Positions 38,559 through 51,229 of a stretch of DNA of 64,000 bases are shown here, in pieces. A program made the translations under genes and the position numbers. The notes under the pieces are model-generated. The model was given only the letters and a program-made list of their open reading frames with translations, was not told the origin of the DNA and did no database searches. Position 1 is the stretch's first letter. Each line of letters begins with the position of its first letter. Source of the DNA: Batkoa obscura (taxonomy: Eukaryota); contig JASVEC010000027.1 of the NCBI GenBank assembly GCA_030770535.1, positions 124,001 to 188,000 on the forward strand, given 5' to 3'.

Positions 38559-39822
38559 ATGGAGGAAAAAAAAATTGAAAAAGTAATCCATTATTTAAAC
38601 ATATCAATTAAATATGTTGACATGAATAATAAGTATTTCAATTATATGATGGAAGTGAAGGTAAACTAATTGATAATGATAAATGAATAAAATTTTGACT
38701 ATTTTTAGACCAATTTAAATCAATATAAACATAAACAATTAAAAGATGTATCTCGAAGTTATCAAGAATTTTTAAAACTTTATAATTATTTAACAGCCAA
38801 CTATACCGATTTGCTTGTTCCTGTTTTACCTCCTCAGATAAAATCTCAACCTAATCTACATAAGCAAGATATGGAACAATTTTTAATACGTTTAAGTCAA
38901 CATCAGGTGTTTAAAAAAGATTTAGAATTACAAACTTTTTTAGAATCCAAATTTGTGTATTCTCCAGCACCGGTTCAAATTCATAAGCTGAGTATTAACT
39001 ATCAAGGGTATCGATGTGAGGATGATAAGCCATATGGTAATTTGAGAGCCAAATTAATGGCGACAGAAATGATCTTAAAAGAGGTGATGTTTTCAGAACA
39101 AAATTTACATAAGCAACAAAATCAAGTAGCACAAGCATTATTAGATATGGCGGCCAAATCCATTAATTTAGGAGTCTCTTGGGTTCATTTAGGTGAGCTT
39201 AATCAAGAAGATTTACTTGTTACTTCTATTGCTCGTAAAATGGGTAAGGTTATACAATCAGATTCGGAAGGTATGTTTCAAACGGCTGAAGTTAATTCGT
39301 TAAATTATTACTTTGAATTAACTACCAATTCAATATTATATCTTATGGACACTTTAATGCACCGATTTAATGTGGCACTTGAATTGGAACATGCTAAACT
39401 TAAAAAAGAAAAAAGAGAACAAGGACTTTTAGTACTCAAAAAAGCAAGCACAATTAATCAATCGAAAGTGGATGTTGCATTAGAAGATTTTGAAATGGTA
39501 ATAAATTAATATTTATAAAATCAAACGATTAATTTTCTAGGCTAAAAAATATGAAGAATATCGACATGGACAAATGCAACGATTAAATTTACATTTACCT
39601 AAAGAAATGGAATATTATGAAAGTTATAGAGATTCGGATGCTAAACACCATTTATTAAATTTTGCTAAATTATATAAAAATCATCATAAAAATATTTTAG
39701 AAGAATACCAACAGGTTTTAGAGAATTTAAAAGAAAATAGAAATGATGAGGTAAGAACTTATACCACTTCTCAACCTAAATTAGATTCTATTAAAATGGC
39801 TGCGTTCCTGGCTAAATGTTAA
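38559..39822 (+). CDS. VPS17: PX-BAR sorting nexin, Vps17-like retromer subunit
   Basis: K|TNL..YK....KDVSRSYQEFLKLYNYL..NY..LLVPVLPP, LQTFLESKFVYSP, helical BAR region with INQSKVDVALEDF; introns 38661-38708 and 39498-39540. Confidence 0.75.
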
Positions 39823-40139
39823 TGGGGTGAATTGATTATTTTGTTGTTCCTGGGTATTGTTATTGATTTATTAATCATTGAATATCAAATTTATTGACAT
39901 TCTGGTATTGGCGAAGTTTATCACAAATGGACCTAAAACATAATAGGATAGTTATGCTAATTGGTATTTCAACGTTTTGAATCTACTTGGTTTAAATTTT
40001 AATAATAAAATAATTGTTAAAAAGTTTCTAGCTCTCTATATCTACTTTTTTTTAAATTCAAAGTTTGAAAAACTTTGTGCTTTCATTAGGTAAAAAGAAG
40101 CTCAAACACATTGATTAAGGGGGAGTGAAGTCAAAATAA

Positions 40140-41110
40140 GATTGATATTTATAAAATAAAAATGAATTGTATACGATCTATAAGCTAAATCGCTACATAC
40201 TAGAGGGAGTCAGAGAACTAATAGAGGAGTGGTTTACCAAGGCCAAACGTAGAAAAATGGACCACAGTTCACCAAAAGCTAAAGAGTAGAGACCAAGGTA
40301 GACCAAAGTTAATGGAATAAGTTGAGGATTAAACATGAGTTTAGTGTATGTTGATTGAATAAAGAGGGGAATTGTGCACACTACAGTAAAGTATAATAAG
40401 GGATCAACGTCCATTTTTTGGATCAATAGCGCATACAGAAGCAAATGTGAAGAGTAGAGAAAGGGGTTTATAAAAAAAGAAAACCAAACAGAAGACCACA
40501 AATCTACTGCAAATGGGTAGGTAAGGAATTGATAAGTAAACTTCTCATTACTGTTTAGACAAAAAAGACATTCATTTATTGCATATGATTTCATGTATCT
40601 ACACCTTGAGCCCATGATATAAACATTATACAGAACAGATCAAAAAAATGATTTAAGTCCGGGAAAGATGAGTTTATTAATGATAACCATAGAAGCAATT
40701 GGTGAGATATTATAGTCAATAGAAACAAAAAACCATAAATATCTTTGTTATTAAAGTCAAATAATAATTGGGAATTATCAACACAGTTAATAAACAAATT
40801 AATCCCAAAAGCTCTTTGTTACAAAGAGAAATAATCCAGAGGGGAAAACCTAGAAGGTTTATGGCGCAAAGAATCTTTAGCAAAAGTAAAAGTAAGTAGC
40901 CAAGGTGCTGTTGCATAAACTAATTTAAAGAATGAAACTGTCATAAACAGTTTGGGCGATGTTTTAACACACTAAGCTATTTGCATGCCAGTGCCTGGTT
41001 CATTGACTTAATATTGATAAGACCAACTCCAGCTAATTTTTTATGTAAAATTGAATTTGGGAAGTTTTATACCTTTTGCTGTTTCAAACCCAACCATTTA
41101 CAGCAATATC
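40140..41110 (-). mobile_element. Decayed non-LTR retrotransposon (L1/Tx1-like) 3' fragment
   Basis: KKLAGVGLINIKSMNQALACK*L matches the post-RT GGLG..l...N.AL..KW motif; CLFCLNSNEKFTYQFLTYPFAVDLW resembles a degenerate zf-RVT CxxC..E..H....CP..W; stops and frameshifts present. Confidence 0.7.
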
Positions 41111-41540
41111 AACCCTAGTAATAAATTGTTTAGGGATTATAGAGACATTAATAATATATCAGAGTTCTGCTTCTGTTTTTAATTTTTATGCAATAAGCTT
41201 ATTATTAGCTTTTTAATTAATATATCCCTTATAAGAAAATTATAACTCTACAATCTCAAATTATAATTTTATTAATTTTTAGATTTTTTATGAGATAGAT
41301 ATAAGCTGATAAGATTAAATAAAGTTCAAACAAACAAAGATAATACTATGATATTTTATTTAATGTAACGATTTTCTAATTAGCTATAAATTATATGAAA
41401 TAAAGCTAGTATAAAACATTATATTAACTATAATTAATGTAAACTTTTTTTCAAATTATTTTAAAGCTAATACTTAAAGCCGTCTGTCAACAAAATAAAA
41501 AATAAAATTACAGCTGCTTCAACTCTATTGCGACTTAATT

Positions 41541-41645
41541 TATGGGGGTGTTTTTTTTTGGCTTCATCACTTTTTACATCTTTTAAGCGCTATTTGAGTA
41601 AAAAATTGTTAGTAAAATTCTTAAACACAAAAATACATCCCCTTA
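41541..41645. mobile_element. MITE family 1 copy
   Basis: tatgggggtgttttttt...aaatacatccccctta. Confidence 0.88.
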
Positions 41646-41969
41646 TGGTAGTTTTTGGAGCTATTTATTTGCTCGTTTGGTTTTTTAATTGGATCAATAA
41701 ATTTAGTTTGATTCTAATAAACTTTTGTTCCTAAATCAATAGTTAAGTCACAATAAAGTTGCAGCAGCTGTAACTTGAAATGAAAATCAAAATAGTTTTA
41801 GTAAATATTTAATTAACTTGTAAATTAAATAAACTATTAAAATTCCTTAGTTTTATCTATCATTATAATCTTTGAAAAACAAAATAGACTTTTTGCTATG
41901 GAGAAACTTTTACCCAGTTTACTATTTAAATTAATGTCACTTTTAGTCATAAACAAGAAAAATATCAAG

Positions 41970-42071
41970 TGGGGATGTATTTTTGTATTTAACAATTTTA
42001 CCAACAATTTTTCCACTTAAATAGCGCTCAAAAGATGGAAAAAATAATGAAACCGAAAAAAAACATCCTCA
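41970..42071. mobile_element. MITE family 1 copy in the trypsin upstream region
   Basis: tggggatgtatttttg...aaatagcgctcaaaagatgg...aaacatcctca. Confidence 0.87.
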
Positions 42072-42372
42072 AGTCTAGATTAACTTAATAAAGCATAGTA
42101 GAGACAAAAACATATGAAGTAAGAAAGCAGAAGTAAATGTATGAAACTGACCATGTTGGTTTACATATAATATAATATCATGAAATGTAGCATAAAAAGT
42201 CATCATAATACTATCATGTGTTTATAACAGTACGCTTTATTATGTTTTATAATGGTTTAAGTATAGTAAAATAAATAGTTTAAATTTAGTAATAGATCTA
42301 GACAAATGTTAACATACGAAAAAAAACTATAAATAGACACCATGTTTTAGTAAAATGCTCATTAAAAATACA

Positions 42373-43125
42373 ATGTTAAGCTTTCTTATTTGGTTTGTCT
42401 TCATCTCTTCTTCTCTTTCTAACGATTCAAGAATCGTAAATGGTACTGAAGTTAGTCCAAAGTTCCGCTATCCATTCATGGTATCCTTAGACTATCATGG
42501 GAAACATGTTTGTGGTGGTACCTTACTCAATAGAAATACTATAGTGACAGCAGCTCACTGTATTAATGCTACTGAATCTGATTGGACTATTTCTTTTCAT
42601 CGTCACAACATGAATTTAACTAGCTTACAAGAACATGGAAAAGATTTGAAGATTTTAAAGCGTATCCCACATCCAGAATATTATCTTGGTGAAAGTAGTA
42701 TAAACTATGATATTGCTATATATAAAATTGAGTCTATAAAGGGCTTTAATCTCAGATTAAAATTAGATTATAATGATATTTCATCTCAAACTGGTAAACG
42801 CCTTACTGTTTTAGGTTGGGGGAGATTGTATGAAGGTGGCCCTTATTCTTATGTTTTAAGACAAGTTGATGTTCCAGTTTATGATATTGATCAATGTAAA
42901 TTAAGCTATCCTCTCTTAGATACCGGATCACAGTTTTGTGCTGGTTATAAAGAAGGTTGGAAAAATGTATGTCAGGCCGATTCTGGGGGTCCTATTTTAA
43001 GCTTTGAAGGTGAACCCACTATAGTAGGTATAGTGTCTTGGGGCAAGGGTTGTGCTTTAAAAGATTACCCTGCTGTGTTTACTAGAATCTCAGCTAGTTT
43101 GAATTTTATCAATAAATACGCATAA
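42373..43125 (+). CDS. Secreted S1A (trypsin-family) serine protease, copy 1 with Asn at position 189
   Basis: Signal peptide, R|IVNG activation site, CGG, TAAHC, DIAI, CQADSGGP; start 42373 chosen by alignment to the paralogue. Confidence 0.95.
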   Translation: MLSFLIWFVFISSSLSNDSRIVNGTEVSPKFRYPFMVSLDYHGKHVCGGTLLNRNTIVTAAHCINATESDWTISFHRHNMNLTSLQEHGKDLKILKRIPHPEYYLGESSINYDIAIYKIESIKGFNLRLKLDYNDISSQTGKRLTVLGWGRLYEGGPYSYVLRQVDVPVYDIDQCKLSYPLLDTGSQFCAGYKEGWKNVCQADSGGPILSFEGEPTIVGIVSWGKGCALKDYPAVFTRISASLNFINKYA

Positions 43126-44189
43126 ATTTAAAAAATTATTAGAACCTTAATTATTTGATTTAGGAATTAATTTAATTTATATAAAAAAGGGTGAAATGTT
43201 AATATGAAGGTTTAAAAATGCCTATATTTTAAAGGTTCTAATTTTTTATTTTTATGCTTTTTTATCAAGTCATTTCCAAGGCAAAAAGTTAATAAAAAGC
43301 ATTGTAAAGTACCATAATATAGTCCAAAATATCAGGTCAATAACAAACGTGCATTATAAAAAATTTGAGGGTATAATAAGCTTTGACTTATAAGTATACT
43401 TTTATAAATTGCGTGCCTGGGGCAACGTTTATTAAGTTGAAATATCAGATAAAGCATATTTTAAAGAAGACCAGGTTGATAGTATTAACAAGAGTGTGCA
43501 TATATTTATATATATAATTATTTCTGCTAAATCTATTAACTTTAAGTTTTAAATCGTAAATTTAAAAATTAATGAGAATGTCTTGATTTCATTTATTTAT
43601 TCCTTTTTGTTAAACGAAGAATTAAAAAAATAGTAATATTAAAACAAAAAAAACATTCCTAGTGCTATAAATTATAGAAGTTTGAATAGTTTTACTCAAT
43701 AATTTTTATTAATAGTTCGATAACTTTATTTAATATTAATTACGTTTCACAGCCTTGTAAATTAATTACAACTGTCCTATTTTAAAATAGTTGATATGAA
43801 TCATCTGAATTTTAATTTTAGTTTCATTTTTAAATTTTATAAAGGGCATGTTAATAAAATTAAAACACTTTGAAAATATTGAATTAATTTAAAGATCCAT
43901 TTTTCATACTAATTAATTTATAACACTAATTACAATATAAATTATAATAGTGAGAAAGCTATTTAATATGTCAAATACCAATGATTGATGGAAAATAAAC
44001 AGAAAGACTATATTATGGTGATTTTAATAACTAAAATAATACAAAGACTCTTCATAAAATACAAATTATGCATAAAATTATTGATGCATTATATTAATAT
44101 GCAGCCTACCTTATTTACTTAAATTTTAGATTTTAATTATTTTTTATAAATCATTTATGCATAGTAAATGGCTTATCCTCGGCTTCAAA

Positions 44190-44440
44190 TATGGGTTAGT
44201 TTAAAAGCTTGGTTTAATTTTTGTCCAATTTAGATTAGCAAAGATTGCGAATTAAGCACTAAGTACTATAAAAATATTTGGTTTTTGCTTAATTTTAAAA
44301 CAATTCATGTTGAAACGTTTTTCTATCCAGTTTTTATTTATTTTATTTTTCAAAAATTTACGCTACATAGTAAATGGATAAAAAAAGTGAAATGTAAAAT
44401 TTTATCCTTGATTTTGACCAAGCTTTTAAAGTTACCTATA
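44190..44440. mobile_element. MITE family 2 copy
   Basis: gggttagtttaaaagcttggt...accaagcttttaaagttaccta TIRs. Confidence 0.82.
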
Positions 44441-47400
44441 TAAGTTAACAAATATAATCCCAGAGCTCGATATCACATAAAATTAAAATTGAAGCATATA
44501 TGCTTCTTTTAACGTACTATTGATGTAACTAAAATAGGATCTTTCTTACATAATTGATGGTCTCATAAGTTAAATGATGCTATGTAACTAAGGTTTTACT
44601 AATTGTATAGCAGTAATTAATTTATGAAACCATCAAGTTATATAAGAAAAATCACATTTAAATTACATTAGGAGTAATTTCTTAAATGAGATACTAAAAT
44701 ATCAATTCTGTTCATTTAATTTATTATCATCGGTACAATTTTTAATAATACAATACTGCACACACAGTAGAATATTACTTAAAATTTCATGCATATAATC
44801 TAGACGTTGTTTTCTGATTCAAATATAGTTAAATTAATTAAAGTTGGGTTATTCTTTTTGAGAGCTGATGTTTTAAAATGAATATATATGTTAAAATCAC
44901 GATTTAAAATTAACACTACTTTTTGTTCATACTTTTAAAAGGTACAGTTTTACAAATAAATTATGGGCTGTTCATTCTCAATTATTTATTTTCAGCCTAT
45001 AAAGTAGTTTAAGTATTATAGGGCTTTTCCTTATACTCGGAGAGTTTTTTGTTTTTTTCCAAACTTAGATGCTCTATATTTCTTTTCTTCCACACCCTAC
45101 CACATTTTTATTTTATTTTATTTTATGTTAGAGTGAAATCAAGTTGACGAAAGTTAATGAAGGAGAAAGCCACTACGCCACCTTTATGAATCTTTAAAAG
45201 CCCAATATTATTAAAGAATGACAACTAGAAATGCAATATGTTACAAAAGGTAAAATCGTAATTTTATTTGAAACTAAAAAAATACAATAATTAACGATTG
45301 GGTTTCATAAATTTTTATAACCTGTTTAAATATCATAAAAAAAGTTGAGTTCTATATTAACTTTATTAAAATTTTATTTATTTGAATTGAATGAGTTTTA
45401 TAACTATATGTGCATGAGGGAAAACTACAATTTCTAATTTAAAGCTGAATAAGAAATCCTATCAAAATGATCAAGAAAAATTTAAAGTAACATTTATAAA
45501 CAATTATTATATTCATTTATTTATTTACATAAGCTTTATCTAGAGTAAAAAATAGTAAATCAACCCTTCGAGCAATCATCAATATCCTGATGCTTTGCTT
45601 TTTTTTGGTCCTTTAAATGAACTCCTTTTAGGACCAGGAAGAAATATCTTGCAGAATTTTTTTAAATTCTTGATTTAACTTTTGTGCCCAAAGATAAAAA
45701 GATAAAAAAACAAGCTCTCATCTATAATTAATAGACTTTAATACCATAATATATAATATAAGTTGTAACATTAGAAACTATAGCTTTGGTATCAAATATT
45801 GAATATTCTGATGCATTATAATTCAACTTTACAAAAAGTACATTGAGAAATACATTTTAGAACAATGAAAAAATATAAGAAAACTGAATTATAATTTACA
45901 AAGTTATATATCTCAATAGTATTGTATCTTTATATAATTTGACAACGCACTAAATAGTCATGATAGTACCATTAGACATATAGAATTAACAAAATATACT
46001 CTCATTTTCATTTTTTAAAATATCTAGCGGTGAGATATTAAAGGTTTTTAGATTTTTATGGGTGCAAATCTGATTAATTTTCAAATTTTCAGTTGATTTG
46101 TACCAATGACTTAATTTGACAATCGTTTTAAAATAATATAATTAATAGAAAGGCAAACTATACTATGAAAAACTTCATATGTTTATTTATTGTAACTTAC
46201 AGATAAACTTTTTTATTAATGTCTCAGTCAAGGACTCTTTACCTACTGTTAATGTACGGAATAATCTTTACACGAATATCAGAATGCCAACTATAGCACT
46301 TCAAGCCCAGTCAACAGTATACAGACCTCACCTTTGCACTTTCTTTCCATACCCTATGGTCTCAAAATTTGGTAATACGAGTTAGAAAGCACATATGCAC
46401 ATATGGTACTCTTTTCTCTTGGTCTTATATTACACTGTATTTGTCCACTGCTAATGTATCTGTATTTAGATTGTACCGCCTCTTATATAAGTGGTGTTTA
46501 ATAATATAGTAGTACCATTTAATACTTTATATTAGCACTTTTAAAAAGTAGAATTATTTACCATTAATTTAATACACAAACTATAAAAATTATAAATCTC
46601 TTATCGATTATAACCAAGTATTTAGTAAAAATTTCCAAATTAATAAATTAAACTATATCTAATATCTTTGTGTAATTATATTAAAATATAAGACCATATG
46701 ATATGGCTTCAAAACAAGGACTGGAGTTTTATAAAAATATTGATCTAGGAAATGGTGTATTAATGTAAATACTTTTATACATTAAAGATATCATAAGACG
46801 CCCATTTTCAATCCATGCTCAATCATAATATTGCCCTAAATCAAATTAACAGAAATTTTTAATAGCATTAAATTATTGTACACAATATAACTTGAGGTTT
46901 TCTTCTCAACTGTTGATTTATTAATTTTGGCAATGCATTAAAATAGCCAATTGGATATCTTACAAATATAGCGAAATGTTTCAATAACTGATAATTGTAG
47001 AATAAATACACAGACTATCCTTTAAATGACCGAACTATTAAATCAAAGCACTACTTTAAGACCATATGGTTATAAGAATAAACAGGTAATAAAATAAGCT
47101 ATGGCACTTACTAACCAATAGATGTTTTATGAGAATACCCTAATAAGTAACTTTATCTTTGAGATAATATGAAGTACAAACCCCAGTTTCAAATTCATTA
47201 AGTTTAAAAATAATTTAATACATAAATTTAACAGCATAAATTTAATTTTACTTTCGGCACATAAGAGTTAAGTATTACTAAATATACCACTACTTTCTCT
47301 CAATTATGCTTTCATTAATATTAAGGCGTTGAAAGTATTATTTTACTATATTTATTCTGATTAAACATAATAATAAATGGTATAAATAAGTACTCAAGTA

Positions 47401-47481
47401 ATGCTACTATACCGAGTGTACTATATTTAATATATAAAAATTTCACAAAAGTAACCCTATTTTGTTAAATTACTAAATATC

Positions 47482-47582
47482 TAGGGATGTTTTTTTGGTT
47501 TCATCACTTTTTCCATTTTTTAAGCACTATTTGAGCGGAAAGATTGTTAGTAAAATTCTTAGACGAAAAAATACTTCCCCAT
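47482..47582. mobile_element. MITE family 1 copy
   Basis: tagggatgttttttttggtttcatcac...aatacttccccat. Confidence 0.87.
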
Positions 47583-48240
47583 TTACTAAATAACATTTTA
47601 AATTGAGATAAAGTTCGGGGGAAGTAATGAAATATATTAACAAAAGTATATTTAAAAGGAAATAGCCAAAATTAAAAATTGAAAGTGTACTTGAGACATG
47701 TTTTTCGAGAAAAATTTAGCGGTTTCAAATTAATAAATCATGCCTGTCTTAATTTTATGTACTGTTTGCCTAACAATTGATATTAATTAATATTAAATTT
47801 GTACATTAAAAAGCTTGTTTAATTCAGGAATTTAATGCGCTACTATTCTCATAATTTAATTTTATTATAGGCTTATTACTGCTTGTTTTAAAGCCTCTAT
47901 AAATGTAAGCGAGCATTAGTTAAATTTAAGATTACCAAACATCAATAAGATATTGAAACTATATCCTAAATGTTTCATTATATAGCTATATAAATACATA
48001 AAATATGAGAAAAAAGAATAAGTTATTATTGAAAGTAAAATTAGTTTTTTATACTTTTCATAGCCTTGTTTTTAGCTTATAAAATTTCTCAGCTAAAAAT
48101 ATAATGTTTTATGGGCAGTAATTGTCAGATGACGGGAGTCCTTTAAAGAGGCTTTTTCTCATAAGCACTAAAATAGGTATGCTTAAAAATATATATAAAT
48201 ATAAAAAAATAATTGAAAATTAAAATAATACAATAAAAAA

Positions 48241-49056
48241 ATGAATCATATTTATTATTCGAATGGTACTGATAAAACTATGACTACAAGAATGGATTAT
48301 AGTTTAAACTATCAGCCGTCCCCACAGTTTAATGATCCGTATTATTCGCCTATGAGTAATTTCCAAGAAGTAATTCCAAGTGATATTTACTATTTAAATG
48401 CAAGCAGTGCTAGCACATTGCTGATGGATGCACATTCTAATCCATTAACATCAATGTCACCTTACTGTAAAGTACAAAGTCCAGCAAACTATTACCAGAG
48501 TTATCAATCACCTACTATAGAGAACAGTTACTATGATTATGAATATAGTAATAAACTAACAGCAAAAAAGAATGCAGTGATGTTAAGTAATCGACAAGAA
48601 TATAACTATACCAATATGTTAATTGAAGATAATAGAGGAAGAGCAGAGAATTGGACATATGAAGAAACTAGCCAGTTCTTAAAAACTTTACTTAAACACC
48701 AAAAAGAATTCGAAAATATAACTCGAAATCAAAGTTTATGGAAAACCATAGTAGACGAGTTAAATACATATGGATATAAAAGAAGCGTGGAAAAATGTAA
48801 AAATAGATGGAAAGTGCTAGTAGCAAAGTATAAGAAATGTGAAGAGAAAATAAGAAAAGGGTATCAATTAAACCAAGATTCTTTTTGTAACGGGTTTGAA
48901 TTCTATTGGGATTTAAAGGCCCTATTAGGAAACTCTTATGTCTTCGATAGAGCAGGCAGGGTTAAAAGACTTAAGAAAAAACAAAAACAAAAGTTAAGTT
49001 TGTCAAGCCATTCTATTATTCATCTATCATGTTATGAAGATTTAAATTTGATTTAG
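48241..49056 (+). CDS. Myb/SANT-like trihelix (GT-1-like) DNA-binding protein
   Basis: WTYEETSQFL...LWKTIVDELNTYGYKRSVEKCKNRWKVLVAKYKK...FEFYWDL; S/Y/P/Q-rich N-terminus; basic NLS-like tail. Confidence 0.88.
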   Translation: MNHIYYSNGTDKTMTTRMDYSLNYQPSPQFNDPYYSPMSNFQEVIPSDIYYLNASSASTLLMDAHSNPLTSMSPYCKVQSPANYYQSYQSPTIENSYYDYEYSNKLTAKKNAVMLSNRQEYNYTNMLIEDNRGRAENWTYEETSQFLKTLLKHQKEFENITRNQSLWKTIVDELNTYGYKRSVEKCKNRWKVLVAKYKKCEEKIRKGYQLNQDSFCNGFEFYWDLKALLGNSYVFDRAGRVKRLKKKQKQKLSLSSHSIIHLSCYEDLNLI

Positions 49057-50013
49057 ACTTTCTCCTCATTCCTAGTTTTGATTTTTTCACCTTCTCTATA
49101 CATTCATTTTGTCATCACTCTTTGTAAATAAAAATATACTAAATTATAATAATATTACTTATAAAAACAGGGTTCTACAATTCTTGAAAAAAATACTGCC
49201 ATAAATTTAGCATTATTATAGTTCAAACCTTATTTCTTTATATATGAATAATTATAAGAACTTGTTTAAAATTATAAAACTTTTCAGTTTTGTTTAAGCT
49301 TAACTTGAAAATTTTACAAAGGATCTTAATGTTTAGATTTAAACTAACCTGATATAAAATTATTTAAAACGAAGGCTATAATTTTAATCGCATAAATAAA
49401 TAAGTTAAAAATATGTAAACCCGCTGGTTTATGATAGTTTCATTATATAATAATCTCATGAATAATTTATGGCTTTACTGCTTTCAATCAAGGGTATCGT
49501 CATTCCCAAACCATTTTCGAGTAAATATTAATTATCATATATGTACATTAAACTTCTGTATTAAAATATAGAACAAGTTGCCTTCTATAGAAATTATTTG
49601 CTTCCAAGGCCCATTAAAATATAATAATATGTAACTAAATGATTATTAATGATAAATTTGTGATTAACAATATACTAATATATAAATAAATGCCTATACA
49701 TAAGTATTTAAAATATATCCTTGGAGTTATTATAGATTAAATAACAAATTGTTTTACCATAAACGCAATAAGGATGCTGTTAATAATATATGCAAATTTT
49801 AAATATTTTTACTATACTATTTATGCATACTATCTTAATAATGTAAAGTTTATTAAAAAACAAAATTATTGTACTGGAATATATGGAAATAAGTATTCTT
49901 TTTGATAATAAAACATATTATAAGCCGATTTTGAATAGAACAATATATAAAAGTACTTAAACTCTAAAAACTATCCACATTTATGCATATTTTAACCAAA
50001 AACGTATTTAGAT

Positions 50014-50766
50014 TTAAAGGTATTTATTTATAAAATCTAAACTAGCTGAAATTCTAGTATAGATTCCCGGGAAGTCTTTCAAACCACAACCGTTACCCCA
50101 TGATACTACGCCTATTATGGTAGGCTCATTATCAAAGCTTAAAATAGGACCCCCAGAATCTGCTTGACAAGAATCTTTACCGCCATATTTATAACCAGCA
50201 CAAAATTGAGATTTAGTATCCAAAGTAGGATAGCTTACTTTGCATTGATCAATATCATAAACTGGAACATCAACTTGTCTTAAAACATAAGAATAAGGGC
50301 CACCTTCATACAATCTCCCCCAACCTAAAACAGTAAGGCGTTTACCAGTTTGAGATGAAATATCATTATAATCTAATTTTAATCTGAGATTAAAGCCCTT
50401 TATAGACTCAATTTTATATATAGCAATATCATAGTTTATACTACTTTCACCAAGATAATATTCTGGATGTGGGATACGCTTTAAAATCTTCAAATCTTTT
50501 CCATGTTCTTGTAAGCTAGTTAAATTCATGTTGTGACGATGAAAAGAAATAGTCCAATCAGATTCAGTAGCATTAATACAGTGAGCTGCTGTCACTACAG
50601 TATTTCTATTGAGTAAGGTACCACCACAAACATGTTTCCCATGATAGTCTAAGGATACCATGAATGGATAGCGGAACTTTGGACTAACTTCAGTACCATT
50701 TACGATTCTTGAATCGTTAGAAAGAGAAGAAGAGATGAAGACAAACCAAATAAGAAAGCTTAACAT
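50014..50766 (-). CDS. Secreted S1A trypsin, copy 2 with Asp189
   Basis: Same N-terminal ~175 aa as copy 1; GGKDSCQADSGGP, SWG, PGIYTRI. Confidence 0.95.
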   Translation of the reverse strand: MLSFLIWFVFISSSLSNDSRIVNGTEVSPKFRYPFMVSLDYHGKHVCGGTLLNRNTVVTAAHCINATESDWTISFHRHNMNLTSLQEHGKDLKILKRIPHPEYYLGESSINYDIAIYKIESIKGFNLRLKLDYNDISSQTGKRLTVLGWGRLYEGGPYSYVLRQVDVPVYDIDQCKVSYPTLDTKSQFCAGYKYGGKDSCQADSGGPILSFDNEPTIIGVVSWGNGCGLKDFPGIYTRISASLDFINKYL

Positions 50767-51229
50767 TATGTTTTTGATGGTTATTTTACTAAAGCATGTT
50801 GCCTATTTATATTGTTTTTCCTATAGCAACATTTATTTTGATCCATTGTTAAATTTAAATGACATTGTTTTATTATAGTTGCTCTCATGTGCTCACAACG
50901 TTATAATCTACAACTTTCGTAGCTTTAATCTACGCCTAATTCAATATAAATAATATAACGCTTTTATTTCTTTATATTTTATTTCATAGTGCTTTTGATT
51001 CTACTATAATTCAACAATTTAACCTAAACCTAATATATACCTTACTTATTGCTGTGTATGATATAAGTTCCTGAACTTTTAGTATTTTAAATAGTAATCG
51101 GGAAAACTTTTATCCATAATCAAGGTAATAAATTTAACTAAATAAAATCAACAATTTTTATTTATTGAAAATCATATAAACCATTCACTTTAAAAGATAT
51201 TAAACTAATGTATCTGTATATTATAGAAA

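Noticed and set aside
46179..46500. 68-aa ORF / less AT-rich island, possibly another retroelement remnant
   Set aside because: No convincing motif on either strand; cannot be supported by eye.
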